A stretch of DNA of 62,669 bases, the filler included, from Thelocarpon superellum (lineage: Eukaryota), in NCBI GenBank assembly GCA_026025795.1. It is 2 parts of 2 records of this genome, joined end to end, with 100 filler letters (N's around TTAATTAATTAA, not from the genome) between each part and the next. Parts side by side here need not be neighbours in the genome. Positions count along the whole stretch, not along the records: positions 1 to 31,373 come from JAPEUG010000193.1; 1 more part is not named here. The stretch is one strand, 5' to 3'. Below the pieces are notes generated by a model, which saw only the letters and a list, made by a program, of their open reading frames with translations, was not told where the DNA came from and did no database searches. The first letter of the stretch is position 1. Each line of letters begins with the position of its first letter. Position numbers and translations under genes: made by a program. This document shows positions 12,815 through 25,535 of this stretch, piece by piece.

Positions 12815-13919
12815 ATGAAGGAAGCGATAGTCCATCCCGGCCCCCTCGTCAAGGTGATTGACTCGCCCGTCCCCTCGCCTGGACCCGGCCAGGTTCTCAT
12901 CAAGGTCATCATCAGTGGGAGCAATCCAAAAGATTGGAAGCATCCCGAATCCAGGAAGAAATCGCTGAACAGTGGTGACGACATTGCCGGTGTGATTGAA
13001 CGCGTCGGTGATCATGTGACCGAGTTCAAGCCGGGCGATCGCGTCGCCTCTTTCCACGAGATGGAGGCGCCCTATGGGAGTTTCGCCGAGTACGCCGTGA
13101 GCTGGGCGGCGACCACATTCCATTTGCCGGCGCACACGTCTTTTGAGGGTATGCTGTAGTCCCAAATTAGGTCTCCAAGTTCAGGTCTCCAAGAGATCAC
13201 GTCCAGCCGAAGCTCACCAGACTGTCTTGCACCTAGAGGCTGCGACGATTCCGTTGGCTGCCATGACCAGCGCCATTGGCTTGTATCAGAGTCTGGGCTT
13301 GCCGGAGCCGTGGCACCCCGCGGCTGAACCATTACCGCTGATCGTCTACGGCGCCTCATCGGCCGTGGGCTCCTTTGCCATAAAGCTCGCACGTCTCTCC
13401 AACATTCACCCCATCATCGCCATCGCCGGTCGGGCCCAGACCTATGTGCAAGAGCTTCTCGACCCATCGCAGGGTGACGCGGTGCTCGACCATCGCCAGG
13501 GTGACACGGCCCTGGTCGAGGGCATTCGCGAGGCGCTGAAGAAAGCCGGTCACGGCCCGGCCCGGCACGCCCTCGACGCCGTCAGTGGGCAGGGAAGCAC
13601 AACCACCCTGGCCAAGGCCTTGGAGCCCACCGGCGCCATCACCACCGTGCTCCCGGTCATGCTTCCCCCGCCGACCAGGGTCAGTATGACGTACGTGGGA
13701 ACAGTGCACAACGGGGACAACAAAGATTTTGCTTTCGTCTTCTACCGCTATTTTGGACACGGGCTCGGCCAGGGCGTCTTCCATGGCCACCCTTTCCAAG
13801 TCGTGCCTCACGGGCTGGGCGGGGTGCAGCAGGCGCTGCAGGATCTGAAGGACGGCAAGGCGAGCGCGGTCAAGTACGTGTTCCGCATCTCTGACACTCC
13901 AGGAGCGGGGGCCGAATGA
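12815..13919 (+). CDS. MDR-superfamily NADPH oxidoreductase (enoyl/quinone reductase-like; intron 13149-13236)
   Basis: QVLIKVIISGSNPKDWK, GDDIAGVI..VGDHVTEFKPGDRV, SFE|EAATIPL, IVYGASSAVGSFAIKLA, GKASAVKYV. Confidence 0.92.
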
Positions 13920-14808
13920 GCCTGACTCGACGCTCGTTCGTGTTGGGCAGGTAGCTACACTTGATGGTTGAGGGCTGTAGATACCAATTTGGCAGTAGTC
14001 GCGGCTACTCCTCTGTTGTCACTGAGGCTGTCCGGGCTACAGCTCACCCTGTCCTAGAGTGTGACTTTTGACTGTCTTGGAGTTTGTGAAGGAGGGATGA
14101 GAGCAGCTGCAACAGGCTGGCCACTGGGAAGATGCTTTTCACCAACTTCCAGAGGAGACATATGTACACGGATTGACGCCGTGGACACTCGGCGATTTCC
14201 AAAATTGGTACAATCGAGGGACTCGAACCGGAGACCGGGAGTCCTGGCAACAGGCAACAGGCAACAGGCAAAACCGACAGGACGGCCTTCTCATTGATGT
14301 GTGATCCACCGAGCTGGCTGTCCTCCATGTGAGGAGAGGTGGTGTCCTAATGTCTCTCGGGCAGTGACGAGCGACCGGGCTCTAGCAGGATCAAGTACTC
14401 GGATCTCCCATGATGGGCGAACACAGACCCGTATGATGCAGAGAACCCATCAGTTTCGTACAGCATCATTGCCGTAGACCTCTGGACCTTGACGCTACCG
14501 TGTTGTGGCGGGAGGTCCATGATCATCTGGGAGGAGGGGAGCGTGGTGCACGCCGCCTAAACAATCCGAGGCGCCCGGATTGGTCCATCGACATGACGCA
14601 CGGACCAACTGACACGTCTTGGCGCGGCTTTGCGACTCGTGAGGCGCATCTTCCTCACCTGGCCCGAGCTACAACGCACCTCAATCAACCCGTGGACTGC
14701 AGAACATGCGGAGACGTCGACCCGAGCAGCTCTCGATAGACACCCGCTCGCTCCTACGTCCGACCCGCTGGGGATGAACAGCAAAGACGGCCGTGACTGG
14801 GCGCCGTC

Positions 14809-17800
14809 ATGCACTTCATCAAGCCCGCATGGCTGACCCATAGTGGTAAGTGAACCACCCGAGCTTTCTCATCTCCACGACCGCGCCCTCCCGCTCCGAC
14901 CCGGGACGGACAGCATGGCGCACGCGTGCGAAGAACCCTGAGCTGACCCATGCATTGTGCATCACAGGAGAGAAGAAGGATTTCGAGGTCTACAGCTGCC
15001 ATGTCTCACCGGACGGTAGCCGTCTGGTCACCGCTGCGGGAGGTCAGTCCTCCTCCTCCAACCCCTCCACACCTCGCCAACGGGGGGAGTGGAAGCTGAT
15101 TCGATTGGGTGGATTAGATGGCCACGTAAGGGTCTGGTCCATTGACGCCATCCGCAATGCGGGTGATCCGCAGTATACCAAGCCGCGGCAGCTGGCGTCG
15201 ATGAGCACCCACTCCGGCACGATCCACACCGTCCGATTCTCCTCCAACAACCGCTACCTCGCCTCGGGCGCCGATGACAAGATCGTCTGCATCTACTCAC
15301 TCGATCCGAATCCCCCGTCTCATGCCTCGTCCTTTGGTATGCCGCGCGCGCCCCCGCCCCGTCCAGCCGGGCCCGGCGACTGACCGTGCCTGCAGGAACC
15401 AATGAACCCCCGCCGGTCGAAAGCTGGCGCGTCTTCCGCCGGCTCATCGGCCATGACAATGACGTGCAGGATCTTGGCTGGTCCTACGACTCGTCCATCC
15501 TAGTCTCCGTCGGACTCGACTCCAAGGTGGTGGTCTGGTCCGGGCATACGTTTGAGAAGTTAAAGACTCTCTCGAACCACCAGAGCCACGTGAAGGGCCT
15601 CACGTTTGATCCGGCCAACAAGTACTTTGCCACGGCCAGCGATGACCGATCCGTCCGCATCTTCCGCTTTACTCCACCCGCGCCCAATGCCACGGCGCAT
15701 GACCAGTCGAGCAACTTCCACCTCGAGACCACCATCCTCGCGCCCTTTGCCGCCTCGCCCCTGACCACGTACTTCCGTCGCTGTTCCTGGTCCCCCGATG
15801 GCAATCACATCGCGGCCGCCAACGCCGTCAACGGGCCGGTGCCGTCGGTCGCCATCGTCAACCGTGGCAGCTGGGATAGCGAGATCAATCTCATCGGTCA
15901 CGAAGGCCCGGTCGAGGTCTGTGCCTTCTCGCCGCGCCTCTTCGCCAAGGATCCGCCGGGGCAGGCCAATCAGGACAAGGGCTTCAGCACCCAGCATCTC
16001 GTCACCGTCGTCGCCTGCGCCGGTCAGGACAAGGCGCTGAGCGTGTGGAACACCAGCCATCCGCGCCCGCTGCTCATCACCCAGGAGCTGGCGCGAAAGT
16101 CCATCTCGGATCTGGCCTGGAGCCCGGACGGCAAGACCTTGTTCGCCACCAGCCTGGACGGCAGCATCATCGCCGTGCTCTTTGACGACGGCGAGCTGGG
16201 CTACATCGTCGGGCCCGAGGAGAATGAGAAGGCGCTGGCCAAGTTCGGCGCCGGGCGCAAGGGCGCCGGCGTCATCGAAGGCACCGACGGCTTGCTATTG
16301 GAGGAGCGCAGCAAGGCGGGCGAGCTGACCCGCGTCGAGGGACGCATGGGTGCCTTGATGGGCGATGGCGCGGTCAAGGCCGACGCCACGCCCAACGGAC
16401 ATGGTAACGGCGTCGCGACGCCCGTCTCCGGGTCCGACGGGACACCGACGCAGGTCAACGGCCACGGCGCCGACGGAGCGCTTCCCGATGCCGCCCCGCC
16501 GGCGGAGCCGGCGAAAGACATGAATGCCATCAAGCTAGAGAAGCTGAAGCAGCGCGTCACCATCACCAAGGATGGCAAGAAGCGGATCGCGCCCTTGCTC
16601 CTGTCCGGCTCGTCGGCCGCGACGCCCTCCTCGCTGCCGACGTCGCAACTGATGGCGCCATCGGCGAGCACGCAGCGGTCCGCCGCCGAGGGGCCGCACG
16701 CCATCCTCGATCTGTCCAAGCCGTTTGACGGACTGCCCAAGGGGGGCCTCTCCGCGCTTCTGCTCGGGAACAAACGGAAAGCGGTCGTGCTAGACGGCGA
16801 GGTGGACGGCACGGCGGAGAAGAAAGCGGCGACCGCCGGTCGCAATGGCATCGTGCCCATTCTCACCAACAGCGTCGAGGGGGCGGTGCCGCCGCACCCG
16901 GCGCAGGCTGCCGGCGGGGTCATCCCCACCCCCGACTTCATCCGGCCCGCCGTGGTCAACCCAAGTCTGAGCGTCAGCCAGGTCCGGCTGGCCGTGCCCA
17001 AGGTCCGCACCTGCATCGTGCGCCATCTCGACGGCGACGGCAATGTCTCGTTCGCGGGCGAGGGCGGCGCCGGGACGGCCGACGTGGTGTTTGAGGCGAA
17101 GAATCCCTTGGGCCAGGCGGCCTTGGTCCGACCCGCCGACCGCGATCCGACCCGCCTGACGGTGACGCGACGCGGCCAGACGGTGTGGCAGGACTTTGTG
17201 CCGCGCAACGTGCTGCTCGTGACGGGCAACCAGCGCTTCTGGGCGGCGGCGTGCGAGGAAGGCAGCATCTACACCTGGACGCGTGCCGGCCGACGGAGCC
17301 TCAACGCCGTGGTGGTCGAGGCGCAGCCGGTGCTCCTGGAGTGCCGCGGCTGGTGGCTGCTCTGCATCACCGCCGCGGGCATGTGTCATGTGTGGAACCT
17401 GAAGACCCTGGCCTCGCCGCATCCACCCGTCTCGCTGGCCCCCATCCTGGACATTGCCGTCCACACCCTCCAGGCTCACCCGACCGTCGCCCCCGCCGTG
17501 ACGTCGGCCCACCTGAACGCCGAGGGGCACATCATCGTGACGCTCAACAACGGCGAAGGCTACACCTACGCCTCGGCTATGTACGTGTGGCAACGGCTGT
17601 CGGAGCCGTGGTGGGCCGTCGGCAGCCAGTACTGGAACACGACGGATTCATCCGTCGGCAATCTCCAGACCTCCGCCGCGCACGGTCGGTCGGGTCCGCG
17701 GCGTGACGGCGAGGTGGACGCGGCCAACGTGTCGGCCGGCATCATCCCGCACCTCGAGCGCAGCACGACCAACGAAGTGCTCCTGCGCGGCCGCGGCTAC

Positions 17801-18318
17801 CACCTGCAACGCTTGGTCAAGTCGCTGATCGCGCGCGAAGGCTACGAGAGCTTCGAGAGCGGCGTGTCCATTGCCCATCTGGAGAATCGGATGGCGGCGG
17901 CGATGCTACTCGGCGCACGTGAGGAGTTCCGCGTCTACCTCTACATGTACGCCAAGCGCATCGGCGCCGAGGGACTCAAGGGCAAGGTGGACGAGCTCCT
18001 GCGTGGTCTGTTGGGGCACGTCTTCCGCGCGGCCGACGACGCCGCCGGCACCCGCACCGGCACCGGCGACGACCTCGGGCATGGATGGGAGAGCGAGGGC
18101 GAGGCGCTCGGGGGCTGGCCTCGGCGCGACTTGCTCAAGGGCGTCGTGTTGATTCTCGGTATGTCCTTTCTCGTCCTCTTCCCTTCCCGGGCGAAAAGGA
18201 GAGCTGACGTGTTCCAGGCAAACATCGAGATCTCCAGCGCATCACCCTCCCGTACGCCAACCTCCTGGGCGTCACGGATGAGGAGACCGAAGACGGCGAC
18301 CGGACACGGTCAGGATAG
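14809..18318 (+). CDS. HIR1: Histone transcription regulator HIR1/HIRA (WD40 + HIRA B motif + C-terminal domain)
   Basis: MHFIKPAWLTHSG, EVYSCHVSPDGSRLVTAAG, RRLIGHDNDVQDLGWS, B motif QRVTITKDGKKRIAPLL, VSIAHLENRM. Last exon GKHRDLQRITLPYA after intron 18159-18217. Confidence 0.95.
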
Positions 18319-18896
18319 GTGTACGAATATCGCTAGGCAGGTGATGGTGGCGTTTGGGATCGCTCGAGTCGAAGGGGCTTGATTCGACGGGGGCGGGACA
18401 AAGCGATGGTAGGTAGACATGGCTCCTGTAACAACATGATCTCGTTGTCCTGATTCCCTCGATTGCTCACCTCCTCCCGATGCGGCTGTGGCTTGTGTAC
18501 TTGCGTGTGTGTGCGTACTCCTGGATGTGCTCCCGGTTCCAACCCGTGATGTGGACGAGTCTTGGCTGCATCAGCTGGTGTCTTGCGCGTCAGTTGGGAT
18601 TGGCGGTGCTCATGACAGGATCGGACCCACGACCCGGCGCCGTGCATGGGTAATGTGACAGAGGCCACATCCTCTGAAGCACCCGAGATCAGGACCCTGA
18701 TCGGAACGTCGTCGTGCTCGCCACGGAACAGACGAGTCATCAAGCTCCTAGCGGATGTTCCCCTCCGCACCATGACCCCTGACCCTGACCACGAGAGGAT
18801 CTAGGTAGGCGTGATCTGACCAAGGTGCCCAGGTACCCATGGGCCACCGTGCCACCGTGCCACCGTGCCGGGATTGAAGCGAGCATCGCCGAATGC

Positions 18897-20718
18897 ATGA
18901 CTTCACTGGCAATCGAGCCTTTCTCTTCCCCGCTTGCCAGGACCACCATCTGTCGAGCAACCTCGTGGAAGATGCGTCGTGGGATGGATCAGGTGAAGCA
19001 GACAGCTGTACGTCTCTTTGGGGCTCGCTCCTCTGAAAGGGAGACCGCCAGCGCTCCCTCACCCAGGCTGGCCGCCACCCCATCGTTGTCCTCGGCTTCC
19101 AAGTTTTCCCTCGTTTCGCCCAGCCCTTCATCGTCATCGTCCTCCCTTTCGTCGGCCTCCTCCTTCTGGATGCCCCGTGTGCGCGCCCCGCCACGGTCGC
19201 TCGCCCGTTTCCTCCCCGCCACCTGGCGTGGGGCGCTCACTCGACGACAAGTTGCTCTCCTGGCCTGTATCATCCTGGCCGTCGTGGTCTGGTGCATGCC
19301 ACCTCCGCTGGCCTGGCATCGACCCGCTCGTTCCCGGGTCCGACCGCCATCGGTGCTCCGGCCCGTCGCCAGCACGACCGATGCACCTCACGTGCCGGAT
19401 CCCGCTCGCTGGCTTCGCGAGAACTCGCACGATCGCCATGCCGTCCACGGCGCGGGCGTGCTCCCTCTCGTCGAGAGTCTGGGGGCGGCCCACAAACCAC
19501 GGGCGGCCTTGATCAGCCTGGTACGCAACTCGGAGCTCGAGGGGCTGGTGCAGAGTATGCAGCAGCTTGAGTTTCATTGGAATCACAAGTATCGATATCC
19601 ATGGGTCTTCTTCAATGACGAGCCCTTCAGCGACGAGTTCAAGGTGAGAGGAGGCGGACGAGAGGCCTTCCTCCCGCTCACGGGGCTGATGGGACGCCAG
19701 GCTGCGACGCAGGCCCTGACCTCGGCCACGTGCTATTACGAAGTGGTGCCTGACGAACACTGGTCCTTGCCCGACTGGATCGACGAGGGCCGATTCATGA
19801 ACAGCCTCGAGTATCTCGGGGCGATCGGGGTGGGCAAGGGCTGGATGATCAGCTACCGCCACATGTGCCGGTGGAACAGCGGCTTCTTCTACAAGCACCC
19901 GCGTCTGCTTGACTTTGACTTTTACTGGCGGGTGGAGCCTGATGTGGGTCCCTGAGGACGGGTGGGCGTGCAGGCGTGCGGGCTGGATTGACGGTGGCAG
20001 GTACACTTCTTCTGCGACCTCGACTACGACGTGTTCCGCTTCATGCGGGACAACAACATGAAGTACGGCTTCAACATGAACATCCTCGACGACGCGCGGT
20101 CCTTCCCGTCGCTGTGGTCCCGCACCCGCGCCTTCATCAACGCGCACCCGGAGCTGATCCATGCCGAGGCCGACCTTGACTGGCTCCTCGACCCCCACAA
20201 CAGCGGCGACTACAACAACTGTCAGTTCTTCTCCAACTTTGAGATTGGCGACCTTCGGTACTTTCGGGGCGAGGCCAACGAGAAGTACTTTTCCTGGCTG
20301 GACCGTGCCGGCGGCTTTTACTACGAGCGCTTCGGGGATGCACCCATTCATACCTTGAGCGTGGCCATGTTTGTGCCAAAGCGGGAGATCTGGTTCTTTC
20401 GGGACATTGGCTATCAGCACGATATCAACCGGTAGGCTGCGCCCGCGCGTGGTGACGCTCCGCTGACCATCCATCGGCAGACATTGCCCTCCTCACGCTG
20501 CCGGCCGATGTTCGTGCGAGCCCACATCGATGGACGAGAATTTCTACAAGCTCGTGCCGCTCGAGTCGCCTCAACGGAAGCCCGACGACACTTGCATCCG
20601 GCAGTTCCTGGGTGGCGACTGGCTGAAGACGCGGAGTGGCTGGACGGCGGAGGGTGAGCGGGCACTTGGGGGGGATGGCTTTCATGGGTACGAGCTCAGT
20701 GGGCTGGAGGACATCTGA
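18897..20718 (+). CDS. Alpha-1,2-mannosyltransferase, GT15 (KRE2/MNT1 family); start uncertain (18897 or 19170)
   Basis: TM anchor ALLACIILAVVVW. AALISLVRNSEL, YPWVFFNDEPFSDEF, SYRHMCRWNSGFFYKHP, YWRVEP, NFEIG, GGFYYERFGDAPIH, FFRDIGYQH. Confidence 0.93.
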
Positions 20719-21369
20719 CATGGTCGGACCGACATGATCTCCTCGAGAGCGCGACGGAGCTAGGGTGAGCTGGAGCTGCGGAGGACGTCTTGATGATCCG
20801 TGGCAACCTGAGTATGGACTTGCGGGGCGAGAACGTAGCTGAAATCGTGGGGTAAATCTATCGCCATATCATCGGGTGAAAAGATCCCACGGAAACAAGT
20901 TGTCATCCTTTCCTCCATATTCGCACGAGGCACTGCTGAATTCGCTGTCTCCATGTTCGAGTAGGAGTACCGACCTCACACTTTGTACGTTCGCTCGACA
21001 GGAGGTTGACTGGCCAGTGAAGCTTCATCCACGTCGTTCCTGACGGGCGCGATAAGTTCCCACATGGAAGGCCAGCAGCACCTTCTAGAATTCCAGGTAT
21101 CGGAGTGTTTCAGGCCACCAGACGATTGCAGCACTGCGACACATTCAATGAGGCTTTCTCGATAGGCTCCGCAGACAGGCTCAGACAGGTATCCATCACC
21201 CGTGTCCGTCTCATTGGTTCTACGAGTCCGTCGCCGCGACGGGGCTCAGTGAAGACAGCGCCGAGACATGGCGAGGAGCTCCACCTGATTGATACGCCTT
21301 TGCCGATGAGTTCTCCCACGCGCCCGTCTTCTTAGTGCGGTGTCGTTCCCATTCGGAGTTGGTTCCATC

Positions 21370-22615
21370 ATGACCTCCGATTTCCTCAAAGCCATAGCTG
21401 GACGCTGGGAGGGCCGGGTATCGGAGGGGAAACGTGCCGATGCCAGCGTTCAGCTCGATGTGGACGATATGATGCTGGACTACCTGCTCTATTCTGCGCT
21501 GCAAGCCCTCCTATCCGATCCAGGTCACGACGAGCAGTCATCCGGTCCATGTCCCACCAATGTCCGTCTCCTGCCTCTGAACATGGTAGACGGTGAGTCT
21601 CCCGCAGCATAGCTTCGTCCCCTGATACTCCAACTGACGCGGTAAAGCGTTCCTGCCCATCTACAAGGCGAATCATCCGGACCCCTGCACGTGCGAGAAT
21701 GCCCAATTCCGCCTTCTCCTACTCAAGTTCTGCTCGGTGTTCACGCGGCGTGGTGATCCGGGCCCCCTGAGGCCGCCGCTCTCGTCTCTCTCGCTCCTAC
21801 GAGACCGGCACGGAAGGCGCGCCATGAACTGGCTCGAAAACGATACGCCTTCATCTTCATTCGGCATCCCGTCCCTCGCCGACCCGGTGCTCGCTCCGTT
21901 CGAAGGCCCCGCGGGATCGCCCGCCCGGCTCGCGCAGGATCGAGAGCGCACTCTCGCCGCGCCTACACGACCCAGCCAGCCACGTGCCCTCTTCGGCGAG
22001 TCACGCTCCGTCTCCCTCCTCGACTCGCTCCCACTCTTCATGAGCGTCAGTGCGTGTGCGTCGCACGTCATGGGAGACGGCATGTCCATCACGCGACCGT
22101 GGATGGACCTCGCGGTGGAATACATGGTGCAGGCGACCATCGAGCAGTACCTGGTCTACGGCGCACAGGGCGGCCAGGCCTTACGGGAGGCTTTCGCCTG
22201 GGGCTACAATGCCCATCTCGTGTGCGACGCCGGTAGCGAGGACGCAAAGGTCAATTCCATGTTCTGGGGCAAGGACGGCGACGTGGTGACGGCGTGGAAG
22301 GAACTTCGCACGAGGCAGTTGAAGGCTGTATGTTTCCCCTTCTTGTCCAGCTTGCTCCTGCCAGTGCTCTCTGAATGGAATGCTGACGTGGAGAAGATCA
22401 TCCCCCCCGCGCACACAGATCTACGGACGCACCTAGCCAACAAAGCGCAAGAGAAGCCAATGGGAGAGTTTGAGGCCAGGACGGTCGGGTTCCTGTGCGA
22501 CGTGGTCGAGAACCTCCCCTTGCCTGTCTTGGTACAGTTGGAACGCGGCCAGTTGGAGGGATGGACGCGGGAGGAGACGACAATGCTGCTGGAGAGTTGT
22601 GGCGTGCGTTCTTGA
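21370..22615 (+). CDS. Fungal hypothetical protein of unknown function (about 3 exons)
   Basis: Splice signals at about 21593-21647 and 22328-22396. Globular-looking segments LDVDDMMLDYLLY, SLLDSLPLFM, WMDLAVEYMVQA..LREAFAWG, PVLVQLERGQLEG. Confidence 0.7.
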
Positions 22616-22806
22616 CTACGTCTGCTTTCTTCCTCCTTCCTTGGGTGGCCGGTGGCTTACTCGGTTTGTGTGGAGCACCCTTTTGATCTAAGGGGGAGGT
22701 CGATGGGATATGGATCTACGGATGTATGTATTTTCCTATACTGTATTGTACAGGGAAGGAGGGGATATCGCAAGGTATTGTACAGACAGACAGATGGATG
22801 GATGGA

Positions 22807-24650
22807 TCAAGCGCCTCTTGCCTTTTTCTTCGCCCCACCCTTCTTTTTCCCCGCGGTAGTGGAAGCAAGAACGAGCACGGGGGCAGCATGATTCAAAGCT
22901 TTGAGATGAGCAAACAGCTTCGTCTTGGAGGGAAAAGACGCGTTGCATCGTGCGCAAAGGTGCACTTCTGCCTTCCCCTCGTCTCCCTCTCCTTCTCCCT
23001 TGCCCTCGCCGGGTGCGTTGCGCGCTGCTCGCCGCGCGCGCTTTTCTCGTGCTTTGCCCGCTTTCTTCGTCTCTACTTCTGCTCCGGCTGCTGTCGTGGG
23101 TAGGTCAGATTGTAGGGTGTCCGTTTTCGTGGCTTTTGTATTCGTAGCGGCCGTGGCATTCGTGATCTCCTCCTCGTTGCTTTCGCTCTCCTCATCATTG
23201 TTCATGTCCTTTGTGGTGTCCGGGATTGTTGATGGTGGTTTGGTAGCATCGAGGATTCGCTGCTCGACTTCTTCCCGCGGTGCGTACTCGTCGTTGGATT
23301 CGTCAGAAGAGATGGTTTTGCGGGGTGAAGGAGGCTCGTCTGCATCTCTGTCGAGGGTGGGATCCTCCTTAGCTTCATCCGTCGGGTGTCGATCCTGGAT
23401 CTCCATCTGGTCCATCTCCTCCGCCACCGGGGCGAGGTCAACGTCGTCTCCGCCGTCCACCTCGTCGCTCCCCTCGTCATGATCCCCTCCTGTAGCAGAT
23501 AGGTTCAGCGTCTGGTCTTCCTTCTCCATCCGCCTTCGGAGCTGCCGGATTATCTTGATATGCTTCTTGCTCCGCTCATGGGCCTCGAACTGCTTCTCGC
23601 TCTTGAACGTCTTGCCGCAGGCGGCACATTCAAACTCCTCTTCTTCCGACGCCTCCGTTTCGCTCGCATGCTCGCCCTCCATCGCGTCCGGACCCTGACT
23701 TTTCGCCCACTCCGGCTCCACGTGCTCCTGCAGCTTCGCCAGATTGGCCGCCCGCGATCGCGATGCCTGTGCTGCGGCAACGTCCCGCATCGTCTTCTGT
23801 CGGTCGGCCTCGCTCTGTGCGTTCTGCACGTATCGCGGATCCCGCTTGCGCACAAAGGCCACCAGTGATCGGACAACCTCGTTGAACTCCCGGATCCCGG
23901 CGTCCCGTAGTCGCTTGTTCTCTTTCTCCATCATGCGTCGTACCCGCCGGTCCGGTGCGTCCGCACATCGGTACTGGTCTCTCCATGAGAAGGATTTCTG
24001 GGTGGCGAAGCTCATCCAGGCTGCGTAGAAGGGACGGACAACGTCGGCATAGCTGTCGTCAGCGTGTCCAAAGGTTGGATAGACCACGCTCTCCAGGTCC
24101 CCCCACTCGCACGCAGCCTGCTCCTCGCGTGCCAGGGTGTCAAACGTACCCCGCACACCCGTGAAGAATCCCGTGGACGAGTCGGAAAAGTCGATGCGGC
24201 CGGAGAAGTGGGTGAACATCTTCAAGATGTCCTCGGCCGTCGTGACGCGGACATTGTGGTCGTACTGGTCCTCCGTCCCGGCGTCATGGCCCCGGAGGAT
24301 GGCATCACGATGCGAGTCGTACCATGCGCGCTCCTGCGGATCCGAGAGCACCTCATACGCCGCCTGCACCTCTGCAAAGAGTCGGGTCGTCTCCTCGACG
24401 TGTCCATAGTTTCGATCGGGGTGCAGGTCCAGCGCCTTGCGCCGATATGCTTTCTTGATTCTGCGGGCAGCGGCCGATCAGCAGCTTGCCACAGGGCGGA
24501 CGACGTTGTCGGCACAACCAACTCTTCTTCTGTGGCTTGGCGGTCTACGTCGAGCACCTCGTAGTAGCACCTCTTCGCCCCCCCCTCCGCGCCGTGCCCG
24601 GCAGGGGCGGGCCCACCGTTGCCTCCACTCGAGGACTGGTTCGCGCCCAT
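22807..24650 (-). CDS. JJJ1: DnaJ + C2H2 zinc-finger protein (JJJ1/DNAJC21, 60S biogenesis; intron 24461-24522)
   Basis: [27 protein letters not shown] domain with HPD motif. [60 protein letters not shown]. Confidence 0.92.
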
Positions 24651-25535
24651 GTTGCTCTACGCCGGATGCCACAAGGTGCACGGGATTTGGAACTCGGAGT
24701 TGTCACGGCGAATGTCGATCGTCTTTCCTGCATCACGTGGCGTGAAGACGAGAAAGCAATCTTTCTTTGCCACAACCTCATAGAATCATTCGATGAATCT
24801 TACCAAAGCTAGACCGATCCTCATCCTGCAGCAGTGTCCTAGTTCTTCGCCAACTCACCGGTCGAAGTTATCGTATTTCAGGCCCTCACCCGAACGATGA
24901 TCCTGAGGACGCTGACATGATTCGCTAGTCCAGCAGTCACACGAACTCTGGGCTCCACATCCGGCCCCATCCCCCCATGGGCTCCGGCTCTCGAGAGATC
25001 TCGCCGTGGCGCGTTGAGCAAGGCCGAAGGCTCGCAGAACTTCACCGGTGGCTGTTACTTAAATTGCCGTGTGCGTAGCACGTGCATCCATGCGGCTGGC
25101 TGAGAAGTTGCTTGAGGCAGGGTGACGGATAGTCTCCACACCTACATGCATGCGGCAGGAACATCGTTATGGTGAGCAACTGTGGGTTACGTGACTCGGC
25201 CTTGCAAGCCGGTCACGTAGCACCCGCGACCCGGGACCGAAGGTACGAAGTACCATCCCGACAAGAACCATGCTTCTCATGGCAACCTTACGGACTACTT
25301 CGAGCGCTTCTTCTCAACTCACTGCTTCAGGAACAGAGTGAAAGAAGGAGCGTCGGCCGTCTGTCTATGAGTATGTGTCGTAGGAATTCACAACTACTCT
25401 AGTAGTAGCAGTAGGAGCACAGATATATCTCTCCGTCTCTGGACCTCTCCAACCTGCGGCTCCATCATCCCTATCATTAGCTTTAGATCCAAATCTCCAT
25501 TCGCTCCAAAACTGCCCGGCTCAGATCACAGCCAG

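Noticed and set aside
14216..14230. GGTTCGAGTCCC on the minus strand (tRNA T-loop/B-box-like)
   Set aside because: No T-stem pairing or cloverleaf; not a tRNA. At most an isolated B-box-like motif.
18159..18382. Extended HIR1 C-terminus in the 998-aa ORF
   Set aside because: Read-through of a 59-nt intron; the spliced frame gives the expected KHRDLQRI ending at 18318.
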